A DNA stretch of 38,231 nucleotides from Candidatus Thorarchaeota archaeon (GCA_038893995.1 JAWAQK010000020.1:1-38231); one strand, 5' to 3'. Positions 10,076 through 19,878 are shown, numbered from the stretch's first letter. Notes: generated by a model from the sequence alone, not told the origin. Translations and numbers: made by a program.

Positions 10076-10873
10076 CTAACAGGCCTCAGACCAGAGCCTC
10101 ACGAACTTTCTACGTTCATCATTGAACCGGCTCCGGTCCGAACATAGCATCAGAAACCTGCCATCGTAGCCTGTACATCTAAGTGCCGAGAACAGCTCAT
10201 TGAACCTGATAGTGCCCTCTCCAATTGGCAGGTGTAGGTCGTACTTTCGGGCTATCTCCCTGACCTCCTCGACAGACACTGTTCTCCTCTTCCTTGTCTC
10301 CAATACCTCGTTCAGCGCATCCTGTCCGCGATTGTCGTGAACATTCACCTGCACGATCCGGTCGTGGAAGACCTGGATGAGATCGATGGCCCTGTTCCTG
10401 CTTGCCACGAGCTGCTCGTGACCGATGTCCAGTGTCAGTCTCATCTCAGGACACGCGTTGAAGAGAAGAGCCAGCTCTGCATGGTTGAATCCGAACGACT
10501 CGACCGAGAGGACGACACCAACCTCACGGGCGGCGTCGTACACGAGGGGAACGTTATCTAGGAACGCATGTATCTCTTCGTCTGTGTAGAATAGGCTTGA
10601 CAGTGTTGTGTGCATAGTGACAAATTCGGCATCCATCTCCCTGCCAAGATCGACATATGGCAGGACCATCCGACTGATGTCAGCACCTCTCCAGTTCTGC
10701 TCGCTGGGAGTGTGTAGGGAACTGCTGATACCGTGCTCTGCAAGGGTCTTCTTCGCATCTGCAAGCACCAGCCCAGACCTATCAATTCCGAGTCTGATGT
10801 CGACAAAGTCTGCATTCTCCCTCACAGCATCCTCGAGTTCCCTGTTGTCCCGCGCAAATGTACCGACTCTCAT
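10076..10873 (-). CDS. Sugar phosphate isomerase/epimerase, xylose-isomerase-like TIM barrel (AP endonuclease 2 family)
   Basis: Motifs 'SLHTP', 'VTMHT', 'LSVES', 'LTLDIGH', 'VNVHDN' and 'HLPIGEGTIRF'. Confidence 0.85.
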   Translation of the reverse strand: MRVGTFARDNRELEDAVRENADFVDIRLGIDRSGLVLADAKKTLAEHGISSSLHTPSEQNWRGADISRMVLPYVDLGREMDAEFVTMHTTLSSLFYTDEEIHAFLDNVPLVYDAAREVGVVLSVESFGFNHAELALLFNACPEMRLTLDIGHEQLVASRNRAIDLIQVFHDRIVQVNVHDNRGQDALNEVLETRKRRTVSVEEVREIARKYDLHLPIGEGTIRFNELFSALRCTGYDGRFLMLCSDRSRFNDERRKFVRLWSEAC

Positions 10874-11020
10874 GTCACTGTCCAGTCAGAATTTGGACGC
10901 CCTACTTTTCTCAGTTTTGGTGATCTGGCAACGCCGGCCAATTATTTCGCTTCAGCATGCTCAAGACTTTTATCTCGGCGGCCCCTATTAGACGCATACC
11001 ACCCGACGGAGAACGAGGCA

Positions 11021-11563
11021 TTGCCAAAGGACGTGGACTACCTATTCAAGATCTGCTTCCTGGGAGAACCGGCCGTCGGCAAGACGAGCCTTGTGGGCAG
11101 GTACGTCTATGACTCATTTGAGGGAAACTACCTGGCGACCATAGGCACCCACATTCATGTCAAGACGATACAGATTGGCGACACAAGGGTCAAGCTCGTG
11201 ATATGGGACATTGCAGGACAGGATGACTTTGCAGGACTGCGGAAGGCCTACTATCTCGACTCTGCAGGTGCATTCTTCGTGTTCGACACGACACGTCCGG
11301 AGACTCTAGACAGAATAGACGCATGGATCGACACCCTGTTTGCGGTTGCGGGTCCAATACCAGTGGTGCTGGTAGAGAACAAGACAGACCTCCCGTCTCA
11401 GATGCCAGCAGGGATGGTTGAGTCAGTCGCCAATCGATATGGATTCTCGATAGTGAGGACGTCTGCAAAGGTGGATGTAAATGTCGAGACCGCCTTCGAG
11501 GAGATGACGACAAAGATCCTCGAGCGGGCCCGCCAGAGGCCTGCAAGGCACATTCAGGAGTGA
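11021..11563 (+). CDS. Rab/Ras-like small GTPase
   Basis: 'DYLFKICFLG', G1 GEPAVGKTS, G2 TIG, G3 WDIAGQ, G4 NKTD, G5 TSAK. TTG start chosen after GAGG. No C-terminal Cys. Confidence 0.92.
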   Translation: MPKDVDYLFKICFLGEPAVGKTSLVGRYVYDSFEGNYLATIGTHIHVKTIQIGDTRVKLVIWDIAGQDDFAGLRKAYYLDSAGAFFVFDTTRPETLDRIDAWIDTLFAVAGPIPVVLVENKTDLPSQMPAGMVESVANRYGFSIVRTSAKVDVNVETAFEEMTTKILERARQRPARHIQE

Positions 11564-11597
11564 CCCATATATAGCACCACGTCCAAGCATCTTGCAG

Positions 11598-12119
11598 ATG
11601 ACTCTGAGAGACCCGGACTACGTACACAAGATCGTGGTCCTCGGAGAGACCGGCGTAGGGAAGACATCTCTCGTGCAGCGATACGCCTACGGCAGTCTCG
11701 ACCCGCAGACCCAGAAGACCATAGGTGCGGTCCTGCATGTCAAGATGGTAGACCATCGGTCACTCCGGCACAAGCTCGTGATATGGGACCTAGCGGGAGC
11801 AGAGTCGTTCCTGATGATGAGAGAACAGTTCTGCACCAGCGCCTCCGGTGCCTTCCTGGTGTTTGACACCACCCAGCCTAGTACGCTGGCCGCCACCGAA
11901 GACTGGCTGGAGGCACTATACACAAGTGCTGGTCGTGTCCCTGTTGTCTTGGTCGAGAACAAGGTCGATCTAGAGTCAAGAGTGGATCCACAGGTCGTAA
12001 AGAGGATAGCCGAGGAGCATGCGTTCAGGCTAGTACGCACTAGCGCACTCCACAATATCAACGTGCAGCTTGCATTCGTTTCCCTTGTCGATGCTATCAC
12101 TGAGCGCCTTCGGGACTAG
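11598..12119 (+). CDS. Rab/Ras-like small GTPase (atypical G3)
   Basis: G1 GETGVGKTS, G2 TIG, G3 WDLAGA, G4 NKVD, G5 TSAL. Confidence 0.9.
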   Translation: MTLRDPDYVHKIVVLGETGVGKTSLVQRYAYGSLDPQTQKTIGAVLHVKMVDHRSLRHKLVIWDLAGAESFLMMREQFCTSASGAFLVFDTTQPSTLAATEDWLEALYTSAGRVPVVLVENKVDLESRVDPQVVKRIAEEHAFRLVRTSALHNINVQLAFVSLVDAITERLRD

Positions 12120-12802
12120 TGAATACCCGTTCCTGGGGCGTCCCTGTAGGCAAGACCAAGACGTCTGTGATGTCCTGTGTGAACATATATTGCTCGTTCG
12201 GCAATAGAGAATGCGTGGTCTGCGGCCCTCTCACAGTATCTTCCGACGAGGACATAGAACAGGGACATCCTCACGATGTCACTCATGCGCTTCATATAGT
12301 CCGCGATCTCCTCGAACATCTCGACAGTCTCTCTATCACTCTCTGCCTCAAGTTTCTCCAGCTTGTCTATCTCAGAGAAGTCATTGTTCAACAGCGCGTT
12401 CATTGCGATGTCGAGTGTGCTCTTGAATATCCGGGCCAGATACGGGATGGACTGGAGCTCCTTGTAGTGCTCCATTCCCTCGCACATCTTCGTGATATGC
12501 GCCACCTTGTGAGCATGACGCCCGATCCTGTAGAGGTGGAGGGCAACGAAGTTGTATGAGGCAAGTGTGCGAAGGTCCTTTGCGACAGGCTGCCTCCGGG
12601 CAATCGTCTCGAACACATTGTCCTCTATCTTGAGAGCAAGTTCATCGATCTCCGCCGTCATCTCCTGGACGCTAGCAGCCATCTTCTGGTCTAGCTCCTC
12701 GAATGCCTTTATGGCAGTCATGAAAGAGTGTGACGAGAGCTCATACAGTCGTTCCAGACGCCGGCGAATCTCGTCGATATAGAACTCCAGTTGTGTGCGC
12801 AT
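12116..12802 (-). CDS. phoU: Phosphate signalling protein PhoU
   Basis: 'IARRQPVAKDLR' and 'GRYCERAADHAFSIAER'. Last gene of the pst operon. Confidence 0.92.
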   Translation of the reverse strand: MRTQLEFYIDEIRRRLERLYELSSHSFMTAIKAFEELDQKMAASVQEMTAEIDELALKIEDNVFETIARRQPVAKDLRTLASYNFVALHLYRIGRHAHKVAHITKMCEGMEHYKELQSIPYLARIFKSTLDIAMNALLNNDFSEIDKLEKLEAESDRETVEMFEEIADYMKRMSDIVRMSLFYVLVGRYCERAADHAFSIAERAIYVHTGHHRRLGLAYRDAPGTGIH

Positions 12803-12813
12803 TGCGACATCAC

Positions 12814-13575
12814 CTACCCTATACGCCCAGTGATGAACGCCTCAGTCCGCGGGTCGCTCGGAGCCTCAGCAATGACCTTGGTCTTGTCGAACTCGACAAG
12901 CTCACCCATGTACAGGAATGCAGCTTGGTCCGACACCCTAAAAGCTTGTTGCACATTGTGAGTCACGAGGATGATTGTGTAGTCGCTCTTGAGTTCGACA
13001 ATCAAGTCCTCGATCTTCGCGGCACTTATAGGGTCAAGTGAAGACACGGGCTCGTCCATGAGTAGGACCGGGGGATCCACTGAGAGAGCCCGTGCGATGC
13101 ACAGACGCTGCTGTTGACCGCCTGACAGGGTGGGTGCGGGACTGTCCAACCTGTCCTTGACCTCATCCCACAGAGCAGCCTTCCTGAGACATCTCTCAAC
13201 GATCTTTTCGAGCTCGTCCTCGTCGCGGACACCATGGATCTTCGGTCCAAAGGTGATGTTGTCTCTGATGCTCATCGGAAATGGGTTGGGTCGCTGAAAT
13301 ACCATTCCGATCCTTGTCCTGAGTGAGTACACATCAGCATCCGGAGCATAGATGTCCTTGCCCTCGATCAGTATCTGACCAGACATCCTGAAGTTGTCGA
13401 CCAGATCGTTGAGCCTGTTGATGCTCCGCAGGAGCGTGCTCTTTCCGCATCCCGAGGGACCCATGACACCTGTGACCGACCTGTCCTGAAACTGACAACT
13501 TATGTTCTTCAGTACTTGCTTATTCCCGAACCAAGTGCACAGATTCCTGATCTCAATGCTGAACGTCCCCTGCAC
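12814..13575 (-). CDS. pstB: Phosphate ABC transporter ATP-binding protein
   Basis: Walker A GPSGCGKST, 'GMVFQRPNPFPMSI', LSGGQQQRLCIARAL, LLMDEP and VTHN. Confidence 0.97.
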   Translation of the reverse strand: MQGTFSIEIRNLCTWFGNKQVLKNISCQFQDRSVTGVMGPSGCGKSTLLRSINRLNDLVDNFRMSGQILIEGKDIYAPDADVYSLRTRIGMVFQRPNPFPMSIRDNITFGPKIHGVRDEDELEKIVERCLRKAALWDEVKDRLDSPAPTLSGGQQQRLCIARALSVDPPVLLMDEPVSSLDPISAAKIEDLIVELKSDYTIILVTHNVQQAFRVSDQAAFLYMGELVEFDKTKVIAEAPSDPRTEAFITGRIG

Positions 13576-14537
13576 TAGGCGAGCCTCCTAGTAAACTTCC
13601 TTGACAGATAGTTGGCCAGTAGGTCGACCAACAGTACCATCACTAGCAGTGTGAATGCCGTTGCATGGGCCTTTTCCTGCAGGTAAGACCTGGGATCACT
13701 TATGTATGCCCAGACAGTGAAGGGCATGGAGGCAATCCATGAACCAGGGCCGGTGAACGTCGTGGGCAGTGAAACACTGTTTCCGGCAGTGAAGATGAGG
13801 GGAGCAGTCTCGCCCATGACTCGACCCACGGCGAGGAGCACACCGGTGATGACACCTGGCAATGCAGACCTGATGGTGACCATCCATGTCGTGGTCCACT
13901 TTGTTGCACCCAGAGCGAGTGAGGCCTCTCGTAGTGAGAGTGGTACCTGTCGCAGGGCCTCTTGAGTGGTCCGCAGGACAGTCGGTATCATCATGAACGC
14001 AAGTGTGAGCCCTCCTGCAAGCATGCCCATGCCAATCTTCATGTACACGACCAGGAAGACGAAACCGAAGGCCCCAAAGACTATGGATGGTATTCCGGCC
14101 AGTACGTCAGCAGCAAACTCAACAGTTGCGCGGACTAGTCCTGGACGTGAGTACTCGCTTATGTAGACCGCGCCCAACACGCTCAGAGGTATGCCAACTG
14201 CGCAGGCAATTGCTACCACGCAGCCAGTACCGACTATCGCATTCAGAATACCGCCCTGGAGGTTGGGTCCCGGTGTGGTAGAGAAGAAGCTCAGGCCCTC
14301 CCTGGCCAGTACTGGAACCGCAAGGCTCAACAGTTCTACCAGGACCAGAAAGAACGGAGATATGCTGGCCAGGGCGGCCACCGCCACCATGATCTTGAAC
14401 ACCAGATCCTTGGCGTCCCTTTTGGACCGAACATGTAACTGCTTCACCAACCAGCTACGAACTCTCCTGAGTCGTGACAGCGGCTCCATGAACGGACATG
14501 TCGAGACATGGCCGTCAGTTACACCGCGCTCTTCCAT
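13575..14537 (-). CDS. pstA: Phosphate ABC transporter permease
   Basis: 'GGILNAIVGT', 'LAGIPSIVFG', 'REASLALGATKW' and 'GETAPL'. Confidence 0.95.
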   Translation of the reverse strand: MEERGVTDGHVSTCPFMEPLSRLRRVRSWLVKQLHVRSKRDAKDLVFKIMVAVAALASISPFFLVLVELLSLAVPVLAREGLSFFSTTPGPNLQGGILNAIVGTGCVVAIACAVGIPLSVLGAVYISEYSRPGLVRATVEFAADVLAGIPSIVFGAFGFVFLVVYMKIGMGMLAGGLTLAFMMIPTVLRTTQEALRQVPLSLREASLALGATKWTTTWMVTIRSALPGVITGVLLAVGRVMGETAPLIFTAGNSVSLPTTFTGPGSWIASMPFTVWAYISDPRSYLQEKAHATAFTLLVMVLLVDLLANYLSRKFTRRLA

Positions 14538-14538
14538 C

Positions 14539-15615
14539 TCAGACCACTACTCCCCTCGTCTTCATGCCCCAACGGATAGCGATCTTTGCCATCGCGGTGA
14601 AAGTGACAGACATCAGCAGCAGGACCAGTGCCACTGCAAAGAGTGCAGACCTCCAGAGTGGAAAGGCGTACGCGTATCCCAGCTGGTTTGCGATTATACT
14701 GGTCATCACATAGCCCGGGTCTAGCAGGGAATACGGGATGCTCAGCGAATTCCCAGTGACCATCAGTACTGCCATTGTCTCTCCAACTGCACGTCCCAGG
14801 GACAGCACTATTGAGGCACCAACGCCGGGTAGTGCCGCTGAGAGGACAACCTTCCTCGCAGTCTCACTACGATTTGCTCCTAGAGCGTAGGCTGCCTCCC
14901 TGTAGGTATCTGACACACTCTCAAGCGCGTCATTGGAGATAGCGACTACTGTCGGAAGAAGCATTATGCCAAGGATCAGGCCTCCCGCAAGCATGCTCAG
15001 ACCATTCGTAGTACCCTGAAACCATGGCATCCAGGAAGTAAGTGGAAAACTCTGCAGAAATGGCGCAAGACTGTTCCTGATCCATGGCACGAGAACAACG
15101 TATGCCCACAGACCATAGACTATAGATGGAATCCCAGCCATCAACTCAACTATGGACCGAAAGAAGTTCCTCAGCTTGGAGGGGCAGAACTCACTCAGGA
15201 AGGTTGCAGCACCAATTCCAAGAGGAACAGCCAGCAGAATTGCCAGGGCAGTGCAGATGAGAGAACCCACAATGAAGATAGCAATTCCATACAGGTTCCT
15301 GGGAGGATCCCACACAGGTTGAACTAGGATTCCAGGTCCACCATTCGGGTCTGTGAATATGGGAATGCTCTCATACCATAGGAATGAGAGTATGAGAACG
15401 ATGATCGCAAGTCCGGCCAGCGCAGGAATGAACAGTGACGCCCTCCCAATGAGGTCAAGTCGAGCCCCGCCACCAACGCGAAATGCCGTGACGATACTGC
15501 GAAGCTGATGTCCCAGACCCCGGAGCATCTTCAGAGCATGTGAACGGACCAATATGGAGACTGATCGACGTGGTGGTTCAGTGCCAGGTCTGTGTTCAGT
15601 CTGCTCCTCACTCAC
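14539..15615 (-). CDS. pstC: Phosphate ABC transporter permease
   Basis: 'VELMAGIPSIVYGLW', 'REAAYALGA' and 'LGRAVGETMAV'. GGTGA SD lies 7 nt before the GTG. Confidence 0.95.
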   Translation of the reverse strand: MSEEQTEHRPGTEPPRRSVSILVRSHALKMLRGLGHQLRSIVTAFRVGGGARLDLIGRASLFIPALAGLAIIVLILSFLWYESIPIFTDPNGGPGILVQPVWDPPRNLYGIAIFIVGSLICTALAILLAVPLGIGAATFLSEFCPSKLRNFFRSIVELMAGIPSIVYGLWAYVVLVPWIRNSLAPFLQSFPLTSWMPWFQGTTNGLSMLAGGLILGIMLLPTVVAISNDALESVSDTYREAAYALGANRSETARKVVLSAALPGVGASIVLSLGRAVGETMAVLMVTGNSLSIPYSLLDPGYVMTSIIANQLGYAYAFPLWRSALFAVALVLLLMSVTFTAMAKIAIRWGMKTRGVVV

Positions 15616-15733
15616 GGCACATTCACCTATTCAATCATTTTTCGAACCCTGGGCATGCACAAGAAAAGGTTTGTGGGCGATGCCCAAGCGGGCACCGCCA
15701 CAGTTTCGGCCTAGAAGGAGGAGACAACAGGTC

Positions 15734-16777
15734 TCAGGATGGTGTGAGGCCAGCTAGGACTGACAGCGTGTAGGCTGCAGCCGATGTGCCGTTGATTGGT
15801 ACTGCACCAACATCCCTCACAAACTGCTGACCTCTGGTCACACACCAGAATAGGAATGCCAGTGTGTACCACTTGATGTTGTCCTCGTGCACGAGGTAGA
15901 ACAACAGACGGGCAATGGGGTAGGCACCACTGACAGGAGAGTTCATGATGTTCTGACCAGGATTGGTCAACGTGTTTGGCAGCGCCTTCAGGGCGTTCTG
16001 GATGCTTGGGGCAACATACTCACCGTTGCCGTGGTTGTACAACAATGCAGGTGTGAGGTCCTCAATGAATGCGAAGCCAACATAGCCTATCCCATTGGGA
16101 TCGCCCTTCACAGCTGCAGCTACTCCCGGGTTTCCGTCGACCGCATTGACGCCACTGACCCATGATACACTCTCATGAGAACCAAGCATCCATGTGAAGT
16201 TGGCGTTGGGATTCGGGTTTGTCGGTGCTGACTCGAGCCACTTGCAGAAGGTAGCGGTCGTACCGCTGGCATCCGACCTGGCATAGACGTTGATGGAACC
16301 AGTCGCAGTCACGCTGACTCCAAACGTCGACTCAAACTGTTCCCACGTAGTCACATTGCGCTGGAAGATTGCCACTGCCATGTCCACATCCAACTTGAAG
16401 ACAGTCCCGTTGACACTCGGGTTGACAACGATCGCCAAGGCGTCAGCCACAACCGGCAGGACTCTCACCTTAGGATTCTGGGTCCGGTAGTCCGCCGAGG
16501 GGTATGAGCTTGACGCGCCGATATCGATGAGCATCGATGCGACCTGGGACTGGCCCAGACCCGAGCCTCCACTCGATGGGTTAACGATTATGATCGGGTA
16601 CTCCTCATGGAAATAAGATGCCCACTGTTGCGATATCGGATAGACGCTCGTTGATCCTGCTGTGGTAACGGTGTAGATTGTGGGAGCAGCCGATCCGGCT
16701 GTCAGGGCATAGACTGCTGCCGCGCCTACAACGAGACCCAGCACGAATGTCACGATTGTACTCCTTTTTGCACCCAT
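15734..16777 (-). CDS. pstS: Phosphate ABC transporter substrate-binding protein with N-terminal membrane anchor
   Basis: 'AGSTSVYP', 'GGSGLG', 'DIGASS', 'RSDASGTT', 'IGYV' and 'YPIAR'. Confidence 0.93.
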   Translation of the reverse strand: MGAKRSTIVTFVLGLVVGAAAVYALTAGSAAPTIYTVTTAGSTSVYPISQQWASYFHEEYPIIIVNPSSGGSGLGQSQVASMLIDIGASSSYPSADYRTQNPKVRVLPVVADALAIVVNPSVNGTVFKLDVDMAVAIFQRNVTTWEQFESTFGVSVTATGSINVYARSDASGTTATFCKWLESAPTNPNPNANFTWMLGSHESVSWVSGVNAVDGNPGVAAAVKGDPNGIGYVGFAFIEDLTPALLYNHGNGEYVAPSIQNALKALPNTLTNPGQNIMNSPVSGAYPIARLLFYLVHEDNIKWYTLAFLFWCVTRGQQFVRDVGAVPINGTSAAAYTLSVLAGLTPS

Positions 16778-16861
16778 TTCTCTTGTGAGCTCCTATGCGT
16801 AGGATGTGTCAGAGCAAGAAGGATGCGATAGATAAGCTAATTCCAAGAGAATCAGTGAAGG

Positions 16862-16888
16862 CATTGACAACATTTACATGCATTTACA
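16862..16888. promoter_or_regulatory. Triple direct repeat CATT(G/T)ACA between divergent pstS and the PhoU-family regulator (candidate operator)
   Basis: cattgaca 16862-16869, catttaca 16871-16878 and catttaca 16881-16888. Confidence 0.4.
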
Positions 16889-16898
16889 GTCAGTGAGA

Positions 16899-18005
16899 AT
16901 GATGATGACGGATCGTCATGCTCCGCAAGAGAATACGAGCGGTCGCTCCGATGTGACTACAAGAAAACTGAACAAGGTGCGCAACTCGTACTATGTCTAT
17001 CTTCCAAGAGGATGGTGTGAGCGGAACCTTTCTCATGAACATGCCAAGGTCACTGTGCGAGAGATGGCAGACGGTACTCTCTCAATCTCTCCCGCCTCAG
17101 ATACAGTCTCCACTAAGGATGAGATCACCGTGACTCTCTCAGGAGATCCAGTAGAGGCGCAGATTGTCCTGACGGGGGCCTACATAGTCGGAATAGACAG
17201 GATCGAGGTCCGATTTCCACAGAGACCTGACCTATCTGTCAGAGAATACATCAGCAGCTGGACCAAGAATCTGCCTGGCTTCGAGGTCATGGACGAGTCG
17301 GACTATGGCATGGTCATAAGTGACACGAGCGAGAAACAACTGGTGGGGCCAATACTGAGACGGCAGTTCAACATGACAAGATTCATGCTGTATGCGCTCG
17401 TAGACTGCCTCAGGGCACCTGACACGAAGGTCATAGAGCGGATACGGACCAGAGATGAGGATGTTGATAGATACAGGTACCTGGTCGAGAGGATGTGTCA
17501 CATTGCCATCATTGATTCAGCATATGCGCGGAAGATCAACATGCGACAGACTGACTGTCTGCACTACAGTGCTGCAGCAAAACGAGTCGAGAGAATAGCA
17601 GACCACATCTGCGGCGCCGCAACGCAGCTTGAACTCTTGTCTGACGGTACACAGAGCACGATTGAACTGGTACAGAACACGGCCCAGTTGTACGATGACA
17701 CCACGGCTGCATTCTTCTCAGCGCAATCGAGCGACAAGTCGGACGCGAACAAGGCTGATGAGAGAATGGCGGTCGACGTCCTCGGGCAGGCCAAGGAGAT
17801 CGCGCACAGGGCTGCAAAATTCGAGCTGTCTCACGAGAAGTCTCTCCCCTCAGATGTTCTTCTGCTCATGCACATCGAGCGAATAGCGTCCTACTGCGCA
17901 GACATATGCGAGATTGCGATCAATCGTACAATCGAGGGCATGTTGAACCCTTACCAGACTCATAGAGAGGGATGGCATGGTAGTCGACAAAGAGAACGGT
18001 CATGA
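16899..18005 (+). CDS. Archaeal phosphate uptake regulator (AbrB-like N-domain plus PhoU domains)
   Basis: 'RKLNKVRNSYYVYLPRGW' (AbrB/SpoVT-like), 'AYIVG', 'DEDVDR', 'ERIADH' and 'IERIASYCADICE'. Divergent from pstS. Exact start uncertain (16899-16905). Confidence 0.88.
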   Translation: MMMTDRHAPQENTSGRSDVTTRKLNKVRNSYYVYLPRGWCERNLSHEHAKVTVREMADGTLSISPASDTVSTKDEITVTLSGDPVEAQIVLTGAYIVGIDRIEVRFPQRPDLSVREYISSWTKNLPGFEVMDESDYGMVISDTSEKQLVGPILRRQFNMTRFMLYALVDCLRAPDTKVIERIRTRDEDVDRYRYLVERMCHIAIIDSAYARKINMRQTDCLHYSAAAKRVERIADHICGAATQLELLSDGTQSTIELVQNTAQLYDDTTAAFFSAQSSDKSDANKADERMAVDVLGQAKEIAHRAAKFELSHEKSLPSDVLLLMHIERIASYCADICEIAINRTIEGMLNPYQTHREGWHGSRQRERS

Positions 18006-18825
18006 GCCCCGACGCCGCCTGAACGATCTTGATGGCAAGCAGTGGGTAATGGCCACGAAGTCATGGTTCCTGGTGAGACCACGGCCGAGGACCAGGGCTG
18101 AGATGACTCATCCCGCTAAGTTTCCCGAGGAGCTTGCAGAGCGGTTCGTCTGCTTCTTCACGCGGAGTGGGGAATGGGTACTTGATCCCTTTGCAGGGGT
18201 GGGAAGTACTCTTCTCGCCTGTGCCAGACTCGGCAGACGGGGAGTCGGCATTGAGCTCGTTCCAGACTTTGTCAGTGTGGCCCAAGAGACTCTCAGGAGC
18301 CGCGAGAATGGTCTTCAGCAGACAATGATACAAGGTGACGCCAGGCAAGCAGTAGGAATCCTGAACGAACATTTCTCGGGTAATCCTCCCAGGTTCTCGT
18401 ACGTCCTGACTTCACCGCCATACTATGACATGCTCAGGAAGTCGCGGGGTGGCAACAGGACTACACACAGACAGAGGATAGCCATGGGACTCAGGGCGGA
18501 CTACAGCGACATGAGTCTCGACATCGGAAATGTCGCGGAGTATGACGAGTACATCACACAGGTCGTCAGCGTGATGAATGCGCTCTCAGAGCTCCTAGAG
18601 CCTGGCGCATATGTCACGGTCGTAGCTCAGAACATGAGGGATACTGATGGCGTAATGAGGCCCATAGCATGGGACTTGGCAAGAGGGATGTCACAAGCAT
18701 ATGTCCTGAGGCAAGAGCAGATATGGTGCCAGGACGACAAGAGGCTCTGTTGCTGGGGCTATCCCACCACATACGTGTCAAACGTTCATCATCATTACTG
18801 TCTGATTCTACAGAAGCCCAGGTGA
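17977..18825 (+). CDS. Orphan DNA amino-methyltransferase (N4-cytosine/N6-adenine; SPPY type)
   Basis: 'HPAKFPEEL', motif I 'VLDPFAGVGST', 'GIEL' and motif IV 'TSPPY'. Confidence 0.88.
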   Translation: MVVDKENGHEPRRRLNDLDGKQWVMATKSWFLVRPRPRTRAEMTHPAKFPEELAERFVCFFTRSGEWVLDPFAGVGSTLLACARLGRRGVGIELVPDFVSVAQETLRSRENGLQQTMIQGDARQAVGILNEHFSGNPPRFSYVLTSPPYYDMLRKSRGGNRTTHRQRIAMGLRADYSDMSLDIGNVAEYDEYITQVVSVMNALSELLEPGAYVTVVAQNMRDTDGVMRPIAWDLARGMSQAYVLRQEQIWCQDDKRLCCWGYPTTYVSNVHHHYCLILQKPR

Positions 18826-19031
18826 TGATCCGTCGTCTCAGACACGAGTCGAGCAACAGCAGCAGTCATGCTACCTGGCTGCTAGTGAGAAAGAGACCCT
18901 GTGGCCGCAGCCTGAACCTCTCGTAGACGAATGCCGCCTCCAATGTGAGGCATGACCTGTCGAGGGGAGACGTCCGCCTCCGGCCTCCGCGGGTCATCAG
19001 ACCCGGGGACCAGAGATCGCCACGCCTCCTC

Positions 19032-19550
19032 TCACAGGAGCTGCAGGGCCATGAGCAACAGGCACATCAGAGCAGGGAAACCGAACCAGACAATGTAGTT
19101 TCCGGGAGGGGCAGTGAACCGGTTGAACTGCGATGGGATGAAGCTGAAGTATCCACGTTCAACGGGGGTCCAGAGCCACAGACCCTTTACACGGCTGAAC
19201 AGTGGCTCTACTAGACTAAGGTCAGTCAGCATTCCCAGCATGCCCGTCCCTATGACGATCCAGTGCCCTGTCAGTCCCACGGCCAGGGACAGTAGGTGGA
19301 AGAAGTGGCATGCGAACACCCACATGAAGGGTATCCACACAGGCACTCTCCCAACAAAGATGCCATTGATGCTCGTGTAGTGATAGTATCCTCTCCCTGA
19401 GACATGGTGCTCACCAACGCCTGCGATGATCAGGGTGACGAGCACCTGGACACCAATTCTCCATCCGACCAGTGTCCACAGGACATAGGTCGAGAACGCA
19501 GAGAGGACTACGAATAGCGATGTCACTGCAAGACCAAACCACTTGGACAT
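19032..19550 (-). CDS. CruF/DUF422-like (carotenoid biosynthesis family) membrane protein
   Basis: Multi-TM with 'GYYHY...VPVWIPFMW', 'DLSLVEP', 'LWLW' and 'PPGNYIVWF', matching the recalled family pattern. Confidence 0.55.
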   Translation of the reverse strand: MSKWFGLAVTSLFVVLSAFSTYVLWTLVGWRIGVQVLVTLIIAGVGEHHVSGRGYYHYTSINGIFVGRVPVWIPFMWVFACHFFHLLSLAVGLTGHWIVIGTGMLGMLTDLSLVEPLFSRVKGLWLWTPVERGYFSFIPSQFNRFTAPPGNYIVWFGFPALMCLLLMALQLL

Positions 19551-19556
19551 ATCCGA

Positions 19557-19874
19557 CTACTCCCTCTTCCTCTTCAGTCTGGATCCTGCCGAATGGATTG
19601 CATCTCTAGCTCGTTGTGTTGTGTCTTTGAGGTAGACCCAGTATCCCCGGGCTCCCTCTGGCCGCACCTTGAAAAGTTGAGTGTTCTTGAGGGTCTCCTG
19701 TATGTCGAGGAGCATGTCTAGGACCTTCTCGACGGTCCTTCGATCTATGCTCACCCTTCTCGAGATTTCTGAGATAGTCATCACGGATCCCTTCTTCAGT
19801 TCCGCCATTACACGGACCACTGCCTCGGGGAATCCGACTCTGTCTGCGGGTGGCGGCGCAAGATTGTTGGACAC
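19557..19874 (-). CDS. Small helix-turn-helix protein
   Basis: 'MTISEISRRVSIDRRTVEKVLDML' HTH. Co-oriented 6 bp upstream of the CruF-like gene. Confidence 0.75.
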   Translation of the reverse strand: MSNNLAPPPADRVGFPEAVVRVMAELKKGSVMTISEISRRVSIDRRTVEKVLDMLLDIQETLKNTQLFKVRPEGARGYWVYLKDTTQRARDAIHSAGSRLKRKRE

Positions 19875-19878
19875 AGGA

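Noticed and set aside
10733-11020. 96-aa N-terminal extension of the first GTPase in the ORF track
   Set aside because: It overlaps the opposite-strand isomerase gene and its promoter. GTPase similarity starts at the TTG at 11021.
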